NCBI GenBank assembly: GCA_944323615.1
Contig: CALUTG010000005.1
Span: 8,264-72,263, forward strand
DNA length: 64,000 bases
Direction: 5' to 3'
DNA from: Candidatus Gastranaerophilales bacterium
GTDB lineage: Bacteria; Cyanobacteriota; Vampirovibrionia; Gastranaerophilales; Gastranaerophilaceae
The notes beneath the pieces were generated by a model. The model was not told the DNA's origin. It saw nothing but the letters and a program-made list of their open reading frames with translations, and did not search any database. A program made the translations under genes and the position numbers. How positions within the stretch are numbered: position 1 is the stretch's first letter; the number at the start of each line of letters is the position of its first letter. Shown here in pieces: positions 37,336-46,072 of the stretch.

Positions 37336-38544
37336 TCATAAATAAAGCTCTTTAGCCTTGAGCTGTTTTTCTTTTTGAGCGTTTTCGTAGCGTTTTCTTG
37401 TAAAGAAATTGGTCATACCTGCAACAAAGAAGCCCATTACTCCAATAGAGAATATATAAGGAAGTCCTGCAATCATTATTTTTTGTTTTGCAAGAGAAGT
37501 GTACTCTTTATCAAAATTTGTTTTTCTTTCCTTTGCCAGTTTCTTTGCCAGGTCTCCAAGCTCATCAAACTTAGGTACGGATAAATCTTTTCTAATTAAA
37601 TCCTTACATTTTCCCCCTTTTTGAAGCAGCTTTTTGAACCCTTTTTCAACAAGTTCGCTTCCTGTGATTACGTAGAGTCCTACCAGCGGAAATCTTGTTG
37701 CAGTCTCCTTAAGGTTTTCTTTTCCTCTGTCTGCTGATGCACCAAAATATCCCATACCGCCTATTACTACACTTGTTGTGAGCTGTCCTTTACTTAAAAC
37801 AAGTTTCCCATTCTGGTTATTAAAGTCCATTGAACAATACTTGTTAAAGAAATTTTTGGCCCTGTTATTTTTCTTAAACAAAACAGAGCCCGGAGCGAGA
37901 ATAAACTCGGAGACTTTTTGAAGCACTTTAGAATTTTTTCCTTTTGTTGCAACAAGCGCCGCCATACCGAGACATCCGGCATAAAGTGATGCTGCAAGCC
38001 CGATGTGCCTTTTTGCGCTTTTTTCTACTTTTTTCTGGTGTGCCTCATCTTCTTTTGTGTTTTCCAGAGACGCAATGTTTTTAAAATTACTCTTCTTAAA
38101 AACTTTTAATGTCATCAAATTTTTAAAATAATTAAGTGTAAATTCTGTAAGCGGGATTGCCATTGCCATCAATGCGATTGCAGCTTTTACCGGTAAAACT
38201 TCTTTTGAATTTTTCTTTTTTAACATCTCAACTGCAGGTGTTGCAACTGCTGACTTTAAGTTGTTTGGCAGTTTCTTGGAAAAAATCTTTCTTGCGATTT
38301 TTTCACCCAATATTGCCGGAACAAAATACATAAGAATTTCTTCAGAAACCTCAACAAAAGTTGTTTCTGTTAAATCCGCAAGGCTGCGTGCGAATACAAC
38401 TTTGGGAAGCAAGCTTGTTGAAACATCCTGTATAAAACGGGAAGTGGAAAGTCCGGCAGCCTGTTCCTGGTGCCGTACAAACCTTGCCGCAGGCTGTATT
38501 GCCTTCGGTAATCTATTAATCATATTGCTGTTATTTGATGACAT
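37336..38544 (-). CDS. hypothetical membrane protein
   Basis: 402 aa with several hydrophobic helices and Lys-rich loops. No family recognised. Confidence 0.65.
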   Translation of the reverse strand: MSSNNSNMINRLPKAIQPAARFVRHQEQAAGLSTSRFIQDVSTSLLPKVVFARSLADLTETTFVEVSEEILMYFVPAILGEKIARKIFSKKLPNNLKSAVATPAVEMLKKKNSKEVLPVKAAIALMAMAIPLTEFTLNYFKNLMTLKVFKKSNFKNIASLENTKEDEAHQKKVEKSAKRHIGLAASLYAGCLGMAALVATKGKNSKVLQKVSEFILAPGSVLFKKNNRAKNFFNKYCSMDFNNQNGKLVLSKGQLTTSVVIGGMGYFGASADRGKENLKETATRFPLVGLYVITGSELVEKGFKKLLQKGGKCKDLIRKDLSVPKFDELGDLAKKLAKERKTNFDKEYTSLAKQKIMIAGLPYIFSIGVMGFFVAGMTNFFTRKRYENAQKEKQLKAKELYL

Positions 38545-38578
38545 AATCCAAATCCTTAAAACTTGTGAAACCTGAAAA

Positions 38579-38608
38579 TTGACTTTCCTGAAGGATTATG
38601 TTTACAAT
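38579..38608 (+). promoter_or_regulatory. sigma-70-type promoter candidate (TTGACT-18-TACAAT)
   Basis: TTGACT at 38579-38584 and TACAAT at 38603-38608. The nearest downstream plus-strand CDS starts about 300 nt away. Confidence 0.4.
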
Positions 38609-38799
38609 CGTTAACTTTTTACAAGTTTTAGAGCAGACAAACCCTTTCAGGATTTTGCTGCCCGAATCTCAACTAAATAAATCCACAAAACTACAGGCAG
38701 CTAAACTAGCTGCACCACCAAGATTTATTCAGTTTAAGAGAGTTGTTTTTCAATTCGGCCTCCTCTTTGTATCGATATATCGAAACAAAGTCCACTTTC

Positions 38800-38828
38800 A
38801 GTATAATATCACTCATATATTTTGTCAA
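38800..38828 (-). promoter_or_regulatory. sigma-70-type promoter candidate (TTGACA-17-TATACT) for the 37336-38544 gene
   Basis: On the minus strand, TTGACA is the complement of 38823-38828 and TATACT is the complement of 38800-38805. Confidence 0.45.
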
Positions 38829-38876
38829 CATCACCATTCTCCCCCTTATTTCTCCCTCACCTCTTATTTACCCTCT

Positions 38877-38904
38877 TTGCCTTTTGGAATAAAATGACTA
38901 TAAT
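38877..38904 (+). promoter_or_regulatory. promoter candidate (TTGCCT-16-TATAAT) placed 6 nt before the ATG at 38911; possible leaderless mRNA
   Basis: TATAAT lies at 38899-38904. There is no Shine-Dalgarno between it and the ATG. Confidence 0.35.
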
Positions 38905-38910
38905 ATTAAT

Positions 38911-39561
38911 ATGAAAAAGTTTATTGTATTTTTGATTCTGGTTGCGTTTTCAAACCCTTGTTATGCCTTCTTATGGTGGAACAAAAAGGATAAGGCGCTT
39001 GAAGCGGAGCTTGAAGGAAAAGGTTATGCGGGAACTCTGCCAAACCTGAACAAGAAATTCGAAAAGAAAGAACAAAAAGTCACTACCCCGATATTTGAGT
39101 CTCAAGACGGATTTAATGATCCATCCGAGTTAAAACCGGCTCCAATCGATAACCCGGCGTTTATAAACATAATTCAGAAAAAAGATAAAACTTCAAAATA
39201 CCTGACCGATGCTAACGAAATAATTCCGATGATTGAGCGTCTCATGGATTGTATTGAAGAAAACGGAAATATCCAGCTTTTTGTTACAAGAGCTAACGTT
39301 CTTTCAATGAATATTGATAATCTTATGAAAAAATACGAGGGTCAGCCGGAAAGTTATTATGAATCCTTCAGAAAACTGGAAGAAATAAACCGTTATGTTA
39401 AATCAATCGCCCAGCTTAGACGAGAGGCACAAACATACCAGCGCTATCTTGCTTATCAAGAATCCGGCTCTATTTATAACCCTGAAAATATTCAGCAGCA
39501 GCTTCAATACCTGCTTGACGAGCTTAACTCCGCAGTTCTTCTTTTAAGAGCGGAAGAATAA
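38911..39561 (+). CDS. secreted hypothetical protein
   Basis: 216 aa. Signal peptide MKKFIVFLILVAFSNPCYA. Confidence 0.65.
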   Translation: MKKFIVFLILVAFSNPCYAFLWWNKKDKALEAELEGKGYAGTLPNLNKKFEKKEQKVTTPIFESQDGFNDPSELKPAPIDNPAFINIIQKKDKTSKYLTDANEIIPMIERLMDCIEENGNIQLFVTRANVLSMNIDNLMKKYEGQPESYYESFRKLEEINRYVKSIAQLRREAQTYQRYLAYQESGSIYNPENIQQQLQYLLDELNSAVLLLRAEE

Positions 39562-39586
39562 AACTTTACAAATATTTACTTTTCTG

Positions 39587-39615
39587 TTGATTTTAAATTT
39601 TATTTTAAATATAAT
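39587..39615 (+). promoter_or_regulatory. near-consensus sigma-70 promoter (TTGATT-17-TATAAT) upstream of rpsH
   Basis: TTGATT at 39587-39592 and TATAAT at 39610-39615. This implies a leader of about 230 nt. Confidence 0.55.
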
Positions 39616-39853
39616 AACTTATGTTGACTGCCGGAATACGCTTTCAATGAGCAAAGATTAATCCGGCAAGAACGAGTACAAGGGTGCTGGAAATGGTGCA
39701 AAGGTAATAGGTTAAAAGCCCGTTTTATGTAAATAGCTGATTGCAGCGAAAAGTGCTTCGGGTGGTGATGCAGGTCACAGTATTATTTATACCGCACAAC
39801 ATCTGTTCCTTTATACCAAATCAACCACCCGCAAGACAAAAAGGATAGAAAAT

Positions 39854-40249
39854 ATGAACACAGATCCGATAGCAGATATGCTAACAAGAATCAGAAACGC
39901 AAACCTCGTTTCTCACCCGTCAGTAGAAATGCCTTCTTCTAAATTGAAAGTTGCTCTTGCAAAGCTTTTGAAATCAGAAGGTTATATTACTGACTACTCA
40001 GAAAGAGTTGACGGACACTTCAAGTTCCTTACAATCGAACTCAAGTATGATGAAGCTAACAAACCGGTTATTACTAACTTGAAAAGAGTTTCTAAACCTG
40101 GTTTAAGAAGCTACTGCAAAGCTAAAAACCTTCCGCAGGTATTCGGCGGTATGGGTATAGCAGTTGTTTCTACCAGCAAAGGGCTCTTAACTGACCGTAA
40201 GGCTAGAAAAGAAAACCTCGGCGGGGAAGTTCTCTGCTACGTATGGTAG
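39854..40249 (+). CDS. rpsH: 30S ribosomal protein S8
   Basis: 131 aa. [13 protein letters not shown] start. Confidence 0.97.
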   Translation: MNTDPIADMLTRIRNANLVSHPSVEMPSSKLKVALAKLLKSEGYITDYSERVDGHFKFLTIELKYDEANKPVITNLKRVSKPGLRSYCKAKNLPQVFGGMGIAVVSTSKGLLTDRKARKENLGGEVLCYVW

Positions 40250-40566
40250 TGCTACGCAAATAGAAAAAGGGTAAAACTATATAAATGTCATCCCGAACTT
40301 GTTTCGGGATCTTACCGGAAATCAAGTAAAGTGCCAAACTGATAAGATGCTGAAGGGGTAAATATAGTTAGTAGGACAAGTGTCAAACTGTTCCGCCTGA
40401 TGTAAAAAGTTCAGCATGACGAAACAAATTATCATGGACAGCAGTGGAATTTGTTTCCGGAGCTTACGGAATAATAGTCAACCCAACTTACTACCAAACA
40501 GAACACACAATTAATACAGGTGCAATTGGCAGAAAAGCCTGTAGTAACTAAAAAGGAGAAAATGAT
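40250..40566 (+). repeat. 317-nt rpsH-rplF spacer made of nested short hairpin repeats
   Basis: GCTACGCAAATAG directly after the stop. Hairpin GTCATCCCGAACTTGTTTCGGGATC. A split hairpin GATGCTGAA...[about 55 nt including GGGGTAAAT]...AGTTCAGCATGAC. Confidence 0.75.
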
Positions 40567-41106
40567 ATGTCACGTATTGGTAAAAAACCTATTGAAATAC
40601 CTTCAGGTGTTGAAGTAAAAATCGAAGGTAATGTATTTACGGCAAAAGGACCTAAAGGTACTGAATCTGTTACTTTTAGAGATGAAGTTAAGGTTTCTGT
40701 TGCTGATAACCACGTAATCGTGGAAACAAATTCCGATGACAGAAAAACCGGTGCTTTACACGGTCTTTTCAGAACATTGATCGCAAACGCAATCACAGGT
40801 GTTTCTAAAGGATTTGAAAAGAAATTAGAAATCGTTGGTGTTGGTTACCGTGCTAACATGGAAGGTTCTAACCTTAACATGGCTCTCGGTTACTCTCACC
40901 CTGTAATTATTACTCCTCCTGCAGGTATTACCCTCAGTGTAGAAGCTAACACAAAGATTACGGTTCAAGGTTCTAATAAACAAGCAGTCGGTGATGTTGC
41001 TGCATTCATCAGAAGCAAACGCCCTCCTGAAGTTTACAAAGGAAAAGGTGTTAAATATGAAGGCGAATACATCAGACGTAAAGCTGGTAAAGCTGGTAAA
41101 AAGTAA
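40567..41106 (+). CDS. rplF: 50S ribosomal protein L6
   Basis: 179 aa. MSRIGKKPIEIPSGV start. Confidence 0.97.
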   Translation: MSRIGKKPIEIPSGVEVKIEGNVFTAKGPKGTESVTFRDEVKVSVADNHVIVETNSDDRKTGALHGLFRTLIANAITGVSKGFEKKLEIVGVGYRANMEGSNLNMALGYSHPVIITPPAGITLSVEANTKITVQGSNKQAVGDVAAFIRSKRPPEVYKGKGVKYEGEYIRRKAGKAGKK

Positions 41107-41125
41107 GATAGACGTGCATGAGCTT

Positions 41126-41250
41126 TGCGAACGCTACGTAGGGGTAAATATCAGATTATTCCTGAACTTGTTTCAGGATCTCCTGCGGGAGCAAGTGCGA
41201 ACGCTACGTAGGGGTAAATATCAGATTATTCCTGAACTTGTTTCAGGATC
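41126..41250 (+). repeat. two identical 55-bp direct repeats (period 70 bp) in the rplF-rplR spacer
   Basis: TGCGAACGCTACGTAGGGGTAAATATCAGATTATTCCTGAACTTGTTTCAGGATC at 41126-41180 and again at 41196-41250. Each contains the CTACGTAG palindrome, GGGGTAAAT and the CCTGAA-CTTGT-TTCAGG hairpin. Confidence 0.95.
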
Positions 41251-41415
41251 CCATGCGTAAGCCGGTGAGAAGACCGAAAAGACTTGCAGAAGTGTAAGTC
41301 TTTGGAGGACGAAACACCACAATACCGCCGGCGGAAGAGCCGGAAGAATAATACAAGCCCATATAAACTCTTGAGTGGTATCAAGCAAGTTTGGGTAAAA
41401 GAAAGGAAAAACCAA

Positions 41416-41784
41416 ATGATTAAACAAGAAATTAGAAAACCAAAAGTACAAAAAAGACACCAGTCTATCAGAGTCAAAATTTCAGGAACTTCTGAATTCC
41501 CTAGACTGGCTGTATACAGAAGTACAAAACACATCTATGCCCAGTTAATTGATGATGAAAAACATGTAACTATCTGTTCTGCATCATCTGTTGACAAAGA
41601 CCTTAAAGAAAAATTAGCACATGGCGGAAATATCGAAGCTGCAAAAGTTGTCGGTGAAGCTATTGCTAAAAAGGCTAAAAAAGCAGGTATTGAATGTGTA
41701 GTATTTGACAGAGGCGGTTTCCTCTATCACGGCAGAATTGCTGCATTAGCAGAAGCTGCAAGAGAAGCCGGTTTAATGTTCTAA
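41416..41784 (+). CDS. rplR: 50S ribosomal protein L18
   Basis: ORF 41284-41784, with the start moved to ATG 41416 (GAAAGGA upstream). [17 protein letters not shown]; 122 aa. Confidence 0.93.
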   Translation: MIKQEIRKPKVQKRHQSIRVKISGTSEFPRLAVYRSTKHIYAQLIDDEKHVTICSASSVDKDLKEKLAHGGNIEAAKVVGEAIAKKAKKAGIECVVFDRGGFLYHGRIAALAEAAREAGLMF

Positions 41785-41806
41785 TTCATAAACCAATGAA
41801 AATATT

Positions 41807-41860
41807 CAGAGCGGGATGTGACTTTAAGTCACATCCCGCTCTGTTGTTTTATTTATTTTT
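41807..41860 (+). terminator. strong intrinsic terminator after rplR
   Basis: Near-perfect hairpin of about 15 bp, CAGAGCGGGATGTGAC...GTCACATCCCGCTCTG, followed by a T-rich tract. Confidence 0.9.
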
Positions 41861-41889
41861 TTGATAAAATACTTTTGAGGGCATTGATT

Positions 41890-43959
41890 ATGAATAGAAA
41901 AAAATTATATCTTCCGTTATTGGTTTTGTGTGCCGTGTTATCAATTAACGGAGCAGAAGCTAAGATGACTAAAGAGGCACACGCTCTTTACCAGCAGGCT
42001 TGTGCTTATGAGTATAAAAGCGATTATGTAAATGCTATTAAGATTATTAAAAAAGCATTAGAGATTAATGGCGATGATGCCATGCTTTATACTAAAATAG
42101 CCGGATTGTATTCAGATATCGGGGAATATCAGGATTCACTCGGGGCTTATAAAAAAGCTATTAAACTAAGACCGAATGATGCATTTATTTATATAAGCAT
42201 GGGGAATATTCTGCAAACTCTCGGGGATTATGAAAATGCTTATAATGCCTTCAACCAAGCCCAGCAGATTTACCCCGAGTATAAGTATAACTATTTAAAT
42301 CTTGCGAATGTCGAGTATTTCAGAAAAAACTATAAAAATGCGATTGAATATTATAATACATTCTTGAGCGCTTATCCTGAGCATATGGAAGCCAGTGAGA
42401 ACCTTGCAAATGTTTACTATTTGTCTGATCAGCCGGAAAAAGCTTGTGATATTTATTCAAATATTTATAAACAGTATCCGTCGGCATTTAAAGAATTTAA
42501 AAACTACGGTATGGTTTTATTTGATACAAAACAGTATCAGGCAGCTGCAGAAATGCTTGAAAAAGCTCTTGAAAACGATACAGAGGATGAAGCTATTCTT
42601 GCAAAACTTGCTCTGTCTTATCAGAACATAGATGAAAATGAGAAAGCTCTAAAAACTTTTAATAAAGTTTTTGAGATTAATCCGAAACTTACTGCTCTTA
42701 GGTTCGATTATGCTAATCTTCTCGGTAATATGGGCAGAAATGACGAAGCTATTGAACAATACAAACAGTATTTGGCTGCGTTTCCGGAGGATACAAATGC
42801 ATATTTAAATTTAGGCCTCGTGTATAAAAAACTTGATAACAACGAGCTGGCACTTTTTAACTTCGAAAAATCTTATTCCAAAGATTCTTCAAATGTGGAG
42901 ACAAAAAAAGAATTAGCATTGAGTTATCATAAAAAAGAAGATTATTCTAACGCTTTGAAATTTTATAATTTTGCATTAAAAACAGAACCCGACAATCCGG
43001 AACTGCTTGCAAATAAAGCTTTAACCCTTCATGCTATGCATAATTATGTAGCCGCGATAGAAATTTATAAAGAACTTTTAGAGAAACAGCCTAATGACAG
43101 GATTAAAGAAAACCTGACGGCAGCATCTATTGCCTATGGCTATGATTTGTACGACAAGCAGGATTATGGTCAGGCCATTTTGTATTTTGAAGATGCGATA
43201 GAACTTAATAACAAGGAAGCTTCGGCATATTTTGGATACGCAAGAGCAAATGCCAAAATGGGCTGTACTGATATTGCTCTCGCTGCTTACGAAAAAGCAG
43301 TTTCTTTAAACCCTTCTAATACTGCTTATGTGAGTGAACTCAATACCTTTAGAGAAGAATACAAAGATGTTATAAAAAGATCTATTACGCAGACAGCAGA
43401 GCTGCCTGAACCTGAGTTATCAATTATCACACCGGTTGTGACGGAGGCTGTTGAAGAAAATACTCCGGAGTCGCAGATTGACAACGAGCAGGCTGCAACC
43501 TATGATACGCTTATCCAGAAAGGTGATGATGCTTACAGACAGCAAAAATACGAAGAAGCTGTTGATTACTTTACCAAGGCTGTAGTGTTTGTTCCGTCTG
43601 ATAAAGTTACAATGCTGAAAATTGCTAATATCTATAAACTTATGGGGAATAACGCTAAAGCTATAAGTTTTTATGACAAAATAATCACACTCGATAAAGA
43701 TAATACGGATGCATATTTCAATAAAGGTTTGGTCTATGCTAACCAGAAGAACTATGATGAAAGCATAAAATGCTTTGAAAAGGTTATCAGCCTTTCTCCT
43801 GAATATCCTTATGCTTATTACTCAATCGGTATGGCTTATGAACTCAAAAACCAGCCGGATAAAGCCCTTGAGTATTATTACTTATACACCGGAATTGAGA
43901 CTGACGAGAAAATGCTTAACCTTGTAAACAAGAGAATTAAGAATTTGGAAAATAAATAA
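41890..43959 (+). CDS. secreted tetratricopeptide-repeat protein
   Basis: ORF 41818-43959, with the start moved to ATG 41890 (signal peptide MNRKKLYLPLLVLCAVLSINGAEA). Many TPR units (A..Y.KA..L.P). Confidence 0.85.
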   Translation: MNRKKLYLPLLVLCAVLSINGAEAKMTKEAHALYQQACAYEYKSDYVNAIKIIKKALEINGDDAMLYTKIAGLYSDIGEYQDSLGAYKKAIKLRPNDAFIYISMGNILQTLGDYENAYNAFNQAQQIYPEYKYNYLNLANVEYFRKNYKNAIEYYNTFLSAYPEHMEASENLANVYYLSDQPEKACDIYSNIYKQYPSAFKEFKNYGMVLFDTKQYQAAAEMLEKALENDTEDEAILAKLALSYQNIDENEKALKTFNKVFEINPKLTALRFDYANLLGNMGRNDEAIEQYKQYLAAFPEDTNAYLNLGLVYKKLDNNELALFNFEKSYSKDSSNVETKKELALSYHKKEDYSNALKFYNFALKTEPDNPELLANKALTLHAMHNYVAAIEIYKELLEKQPNDRIKENLTAASIAYGYDLYDKQDYGQAILYFEDAIELNNKEASAYFGYARANAKMGCTDIALAAYEKAVSLNPSNTAYVSELNTFREEYKDVIKRSITQTAELPEPELSIITPVVTEAVEENTPESQIDNEQAATYDTLIQKGDDAYRQQKYEEAVDYFTKAVVFVPSDKVTMLKIANIYKLMGNNAKAISFYDKIITLDKDNTDAYFNKGLVYANQKNYDESIKCFEKVISLSPEYPYAYYSIGMAYELKNQPDKALEYYYLYTGIETDEKMLNLVNKRIKNLENK

Positions 43960-44360
43960 TGCGCAAACTTTTTCTGCTTGCAATAATATCTTTAATCTTT
44001 TTGTGCGGTTGTGTATACGAAAGAGGGATAATTTTATTTAATACTCAGCCTATAACAAGGGAGAATGCGCTTAGCGACGAGAAAATATTTAGAGAGGGAC
44101 AAAAAGTTTATTACCTTTTTATTGCTCCTAAAAAAATGAAGAATAAATATATTCGTATTCAGATATTTAAAATGACTGATTTAGCTCCGACCGGAGGAGC
44201 AGAGATAGTAAGGACAAAAGATTTCAGACTAATGAAAGATGAGCGGTACTACCATTCAGATTATTTTATTCTGTACACTCCCGGTAAATACGTAATGCAG
44301 GTATTTTCTATTGATGATTTGCAGCATCCTCTTTCTATCGGAGATTTTTATATAAGGTAG
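43959..44360 (+). CDS. small lipoprotein
   Basis: 133 aa with lipobox LIFLCGC. Its start overlaps the TPR gene stop (TAATG). Confidence 0.7.
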   Translation: MRKLFLLAIISLIFLCGCVYERGIILFNTQPITRENALSDEKIFREGQKVYYLFIAPKKMKNKYIRIQIFKMTDLAPTGGAEIVRTKDFRLMKDERYYHSDYFILYTPGKYVMQVFSIDDLQHPLSIGDFYIR

Positions 44361-44415
44361 ATTTAAGGGGAAAATTATTGTATAATTATCAGGTACAATC
44401 CCGGGAGGAATAAGA

Positions 44416-45282
44416 ATGAGCGAGATATGCAAGAACTGGACTGAATGGCTTAAGAAAAACAGATTTGCCGGTCAGACACCGGAAATGGTTGAGCAAACTA
44501 CACGCTGGCTGGAAGCGGTAAGAGATGTAATACTTGTCTATGCGGAAATTAAACCTTATGATGTTGTTCTTGATATTGGTACAGGAACAGGTCTTCTTGC
44601 TTTTAAGGCTCTTGAAATGCAGGACTGTAAAGGTAAGGTGATTTTCTCCGATAAGTTTCAGGATTGTTTAGATGACTGCAAAAAAATTCTTGATGATGCA
44701 GGAATTACAACGGGTTATGAGATGATTCAGTGCCCTTGTGAGCATATTGCACTTCCTGAAAGCACCGTTCACAAGGCATTGATGAGATCCGTTCTTGTTC
44801 ATATTGTTAATAAACAGCCTGCAATAAGTGAAGTATACAGAGTGCTTAAACCGGGCGGAAAGTTCTGTGCTTTTGAACCTATTATCCGATCTAATACAAG
44901 GTATTGGGAAATCCTTGATCCTGTTTATATTGAAAAGTATGAGGATTTTAAAAAGGTTGAGAACGAACTTATGGAAAATCCGCTGGATTCTCTCTGTAAC
45001 TTTGACGAAAGTACTCTTAAGACAAATCTTGAGATTGCAGGATTTTCTATACCGGAAGTCCGTGTTCAGGCTGTGCAGTCAAAATATGTAGTTCAGTCGA
45101 ATATGGTTAAAGAATGGTTTGTAAATCCGCCTTCTCCTGATCAGCCTAGTACAAGAGAAAGGTTCTTGAAATATTTTGACGAGCAGACTGTTGATAAATA
45201 TATGCAGGACGTCCAAAACTATCTTACCGGGCGTGAAATACAGTTGAAGTCCAACGCAGTATTTATTAATGCAACCAAGTAA
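44416..45282 (+). CDS. class I SAM-dependent methyltransferase
   Basis: 288 aa. Motif I VLDIGTGTGLLA, and later LKPGGKF. Confidence 0.8.
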   Translation: MSEICKNWTEWLKKNRFAGQTPEMVEQTTRWLEAVRDVILVYAEIKPYDVVLDIGTGTGLLAFKALEMQDCKGKVIFSDKFQDCLDDCKKILDDAGITTGYEMIQCPCEHIALPESTVHKALMRSVLVHIVNKQPAISEVYRVLKPGGKFCAFEPIIRSNTRYWEILDPVYIEKYEDFKKVENELMENPLDSLCNFDESTLKTNLEIAGFSIPEVRVQAVQSKYVVQSNMVKEWFVNPPSPDQPSTRERFLKYFDEQTVDKYMQDVQNYLTGREIQLKSNAVFINATK

Positions 45283-45293
45283 AAGAGGAAGTT

Positions 45294-46064
45294 ATGAGTG
45301 AGAATCAGACAGCAATAATAATTCCGGCAAGATACGGATCATCAAGACTTGAGGGCAAACCGCTTTTAAAAGCAAATGATAAGCCAATTATTCAGTGGGT
45401 TTGGGAAAAAGCAAAAACGTGTCCTTATGTAGACAGGGTTATTGTTGCGACTGATGATGAGAGAATCTTTAATGCTTGCAAAGAGTTTGAGGCAGAAGTT
45501 GAAATGACTTCAACCGATCACAAAAGCGGTAGCGACCGTATTGCTGAAGTTGCCCGCAGACATCCAGAGATTGCGTATATAATTAATCTTCAAGGGGATG
45601 AGCCTTTAATAGAACAAGCAAACATAGAGCTTGTAATAAAAGGGGTCAAATTTGACGATAAAGCCGATATTTCAACCCTTGTTCGCGAAATTAAAGAAGA
45701 TGATGAGATAAATAATCCTAATTTAGTCAAATGTGTCTTTGATTTAAATGGCTACGCAATGTATTTTTCCCGTTCCAAAATTCCTTTTGAGCGCGGAGTA
45801 GATGAAGAAAACAAGGCTGAAAAACGAGCAAACGGAGGCTGGAAGTTTTACGGGCATCTGGGTATTTATGGATACAAAAGAGACGCGTTATTCAAGATGA
45901 CGGAACTTCCTCAAGCATCTTACGAGAAAGCTGAAAGCCTTGAACAATTAAGAGCACTCCAAAACGGGATGAAAATAAAAGTCTCAATTGTAGATAATAT
46001 TCCGGTCGGGATTGATACAATAGAAGACTTTGAAAAGTTTAAGGCTATGGTCGAAGGGATTTAA
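45294..46064 (+). CDS. kdsB: 3-deoxy-manno-octulosonate cytidylyltransferase
   Basis: 256 aa. IIPARYGSSRLEGKPL, NLQGDEPL. Confidence 0.92.
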   Translation: MSENQTAIIIPARYGSSRLEGKPLLKANDKPIIQWVWEKAKTCPYVDRVIVATDDERIFNACKEFEAEVEMTSTDHKSGSDRIAEVARRHPEIAYIINLQGDEPLIEQANIELVIKGVKFDDKADISTLVREIKEDDEINNPNLVKCVFDLNGYAMYFSRSKIPFERGVDEENKAEKRANGGWKFYGHLGIYGYKRDALFKMTELPQASYEKAESLEQLRALQNGMKIKVSIVDNIPVGIDTIEDFEKFKAMVEGI

Positions 46065-46072
46065 GAGTATAA

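Noticed and set aside
38598-38897. 99-aa plus-strand ORF in the 38545-38910 intergenic region.
   Set aside because: Its ATG lies inside the candidate promoter, upstream of the predicted TSS. It has no Shine-Dalgarno, and its sequence is repeat-derived and low in complexity toward the 3' end.
40991-41534. ORFs of 79-102 aa in the rplF-rplR spacer, and the 44-codon N-terminal extension of the rplR ORF (41284-41415).
   Set aside because: They are read across repeat hairpins, giving the typical artefactual ..PELVSGSH and ..GILKQVQE peptides. They overlap each other in several frames. L18 aligns from the ATG at 41416, which has its own purine-rich ribosome-binding site.
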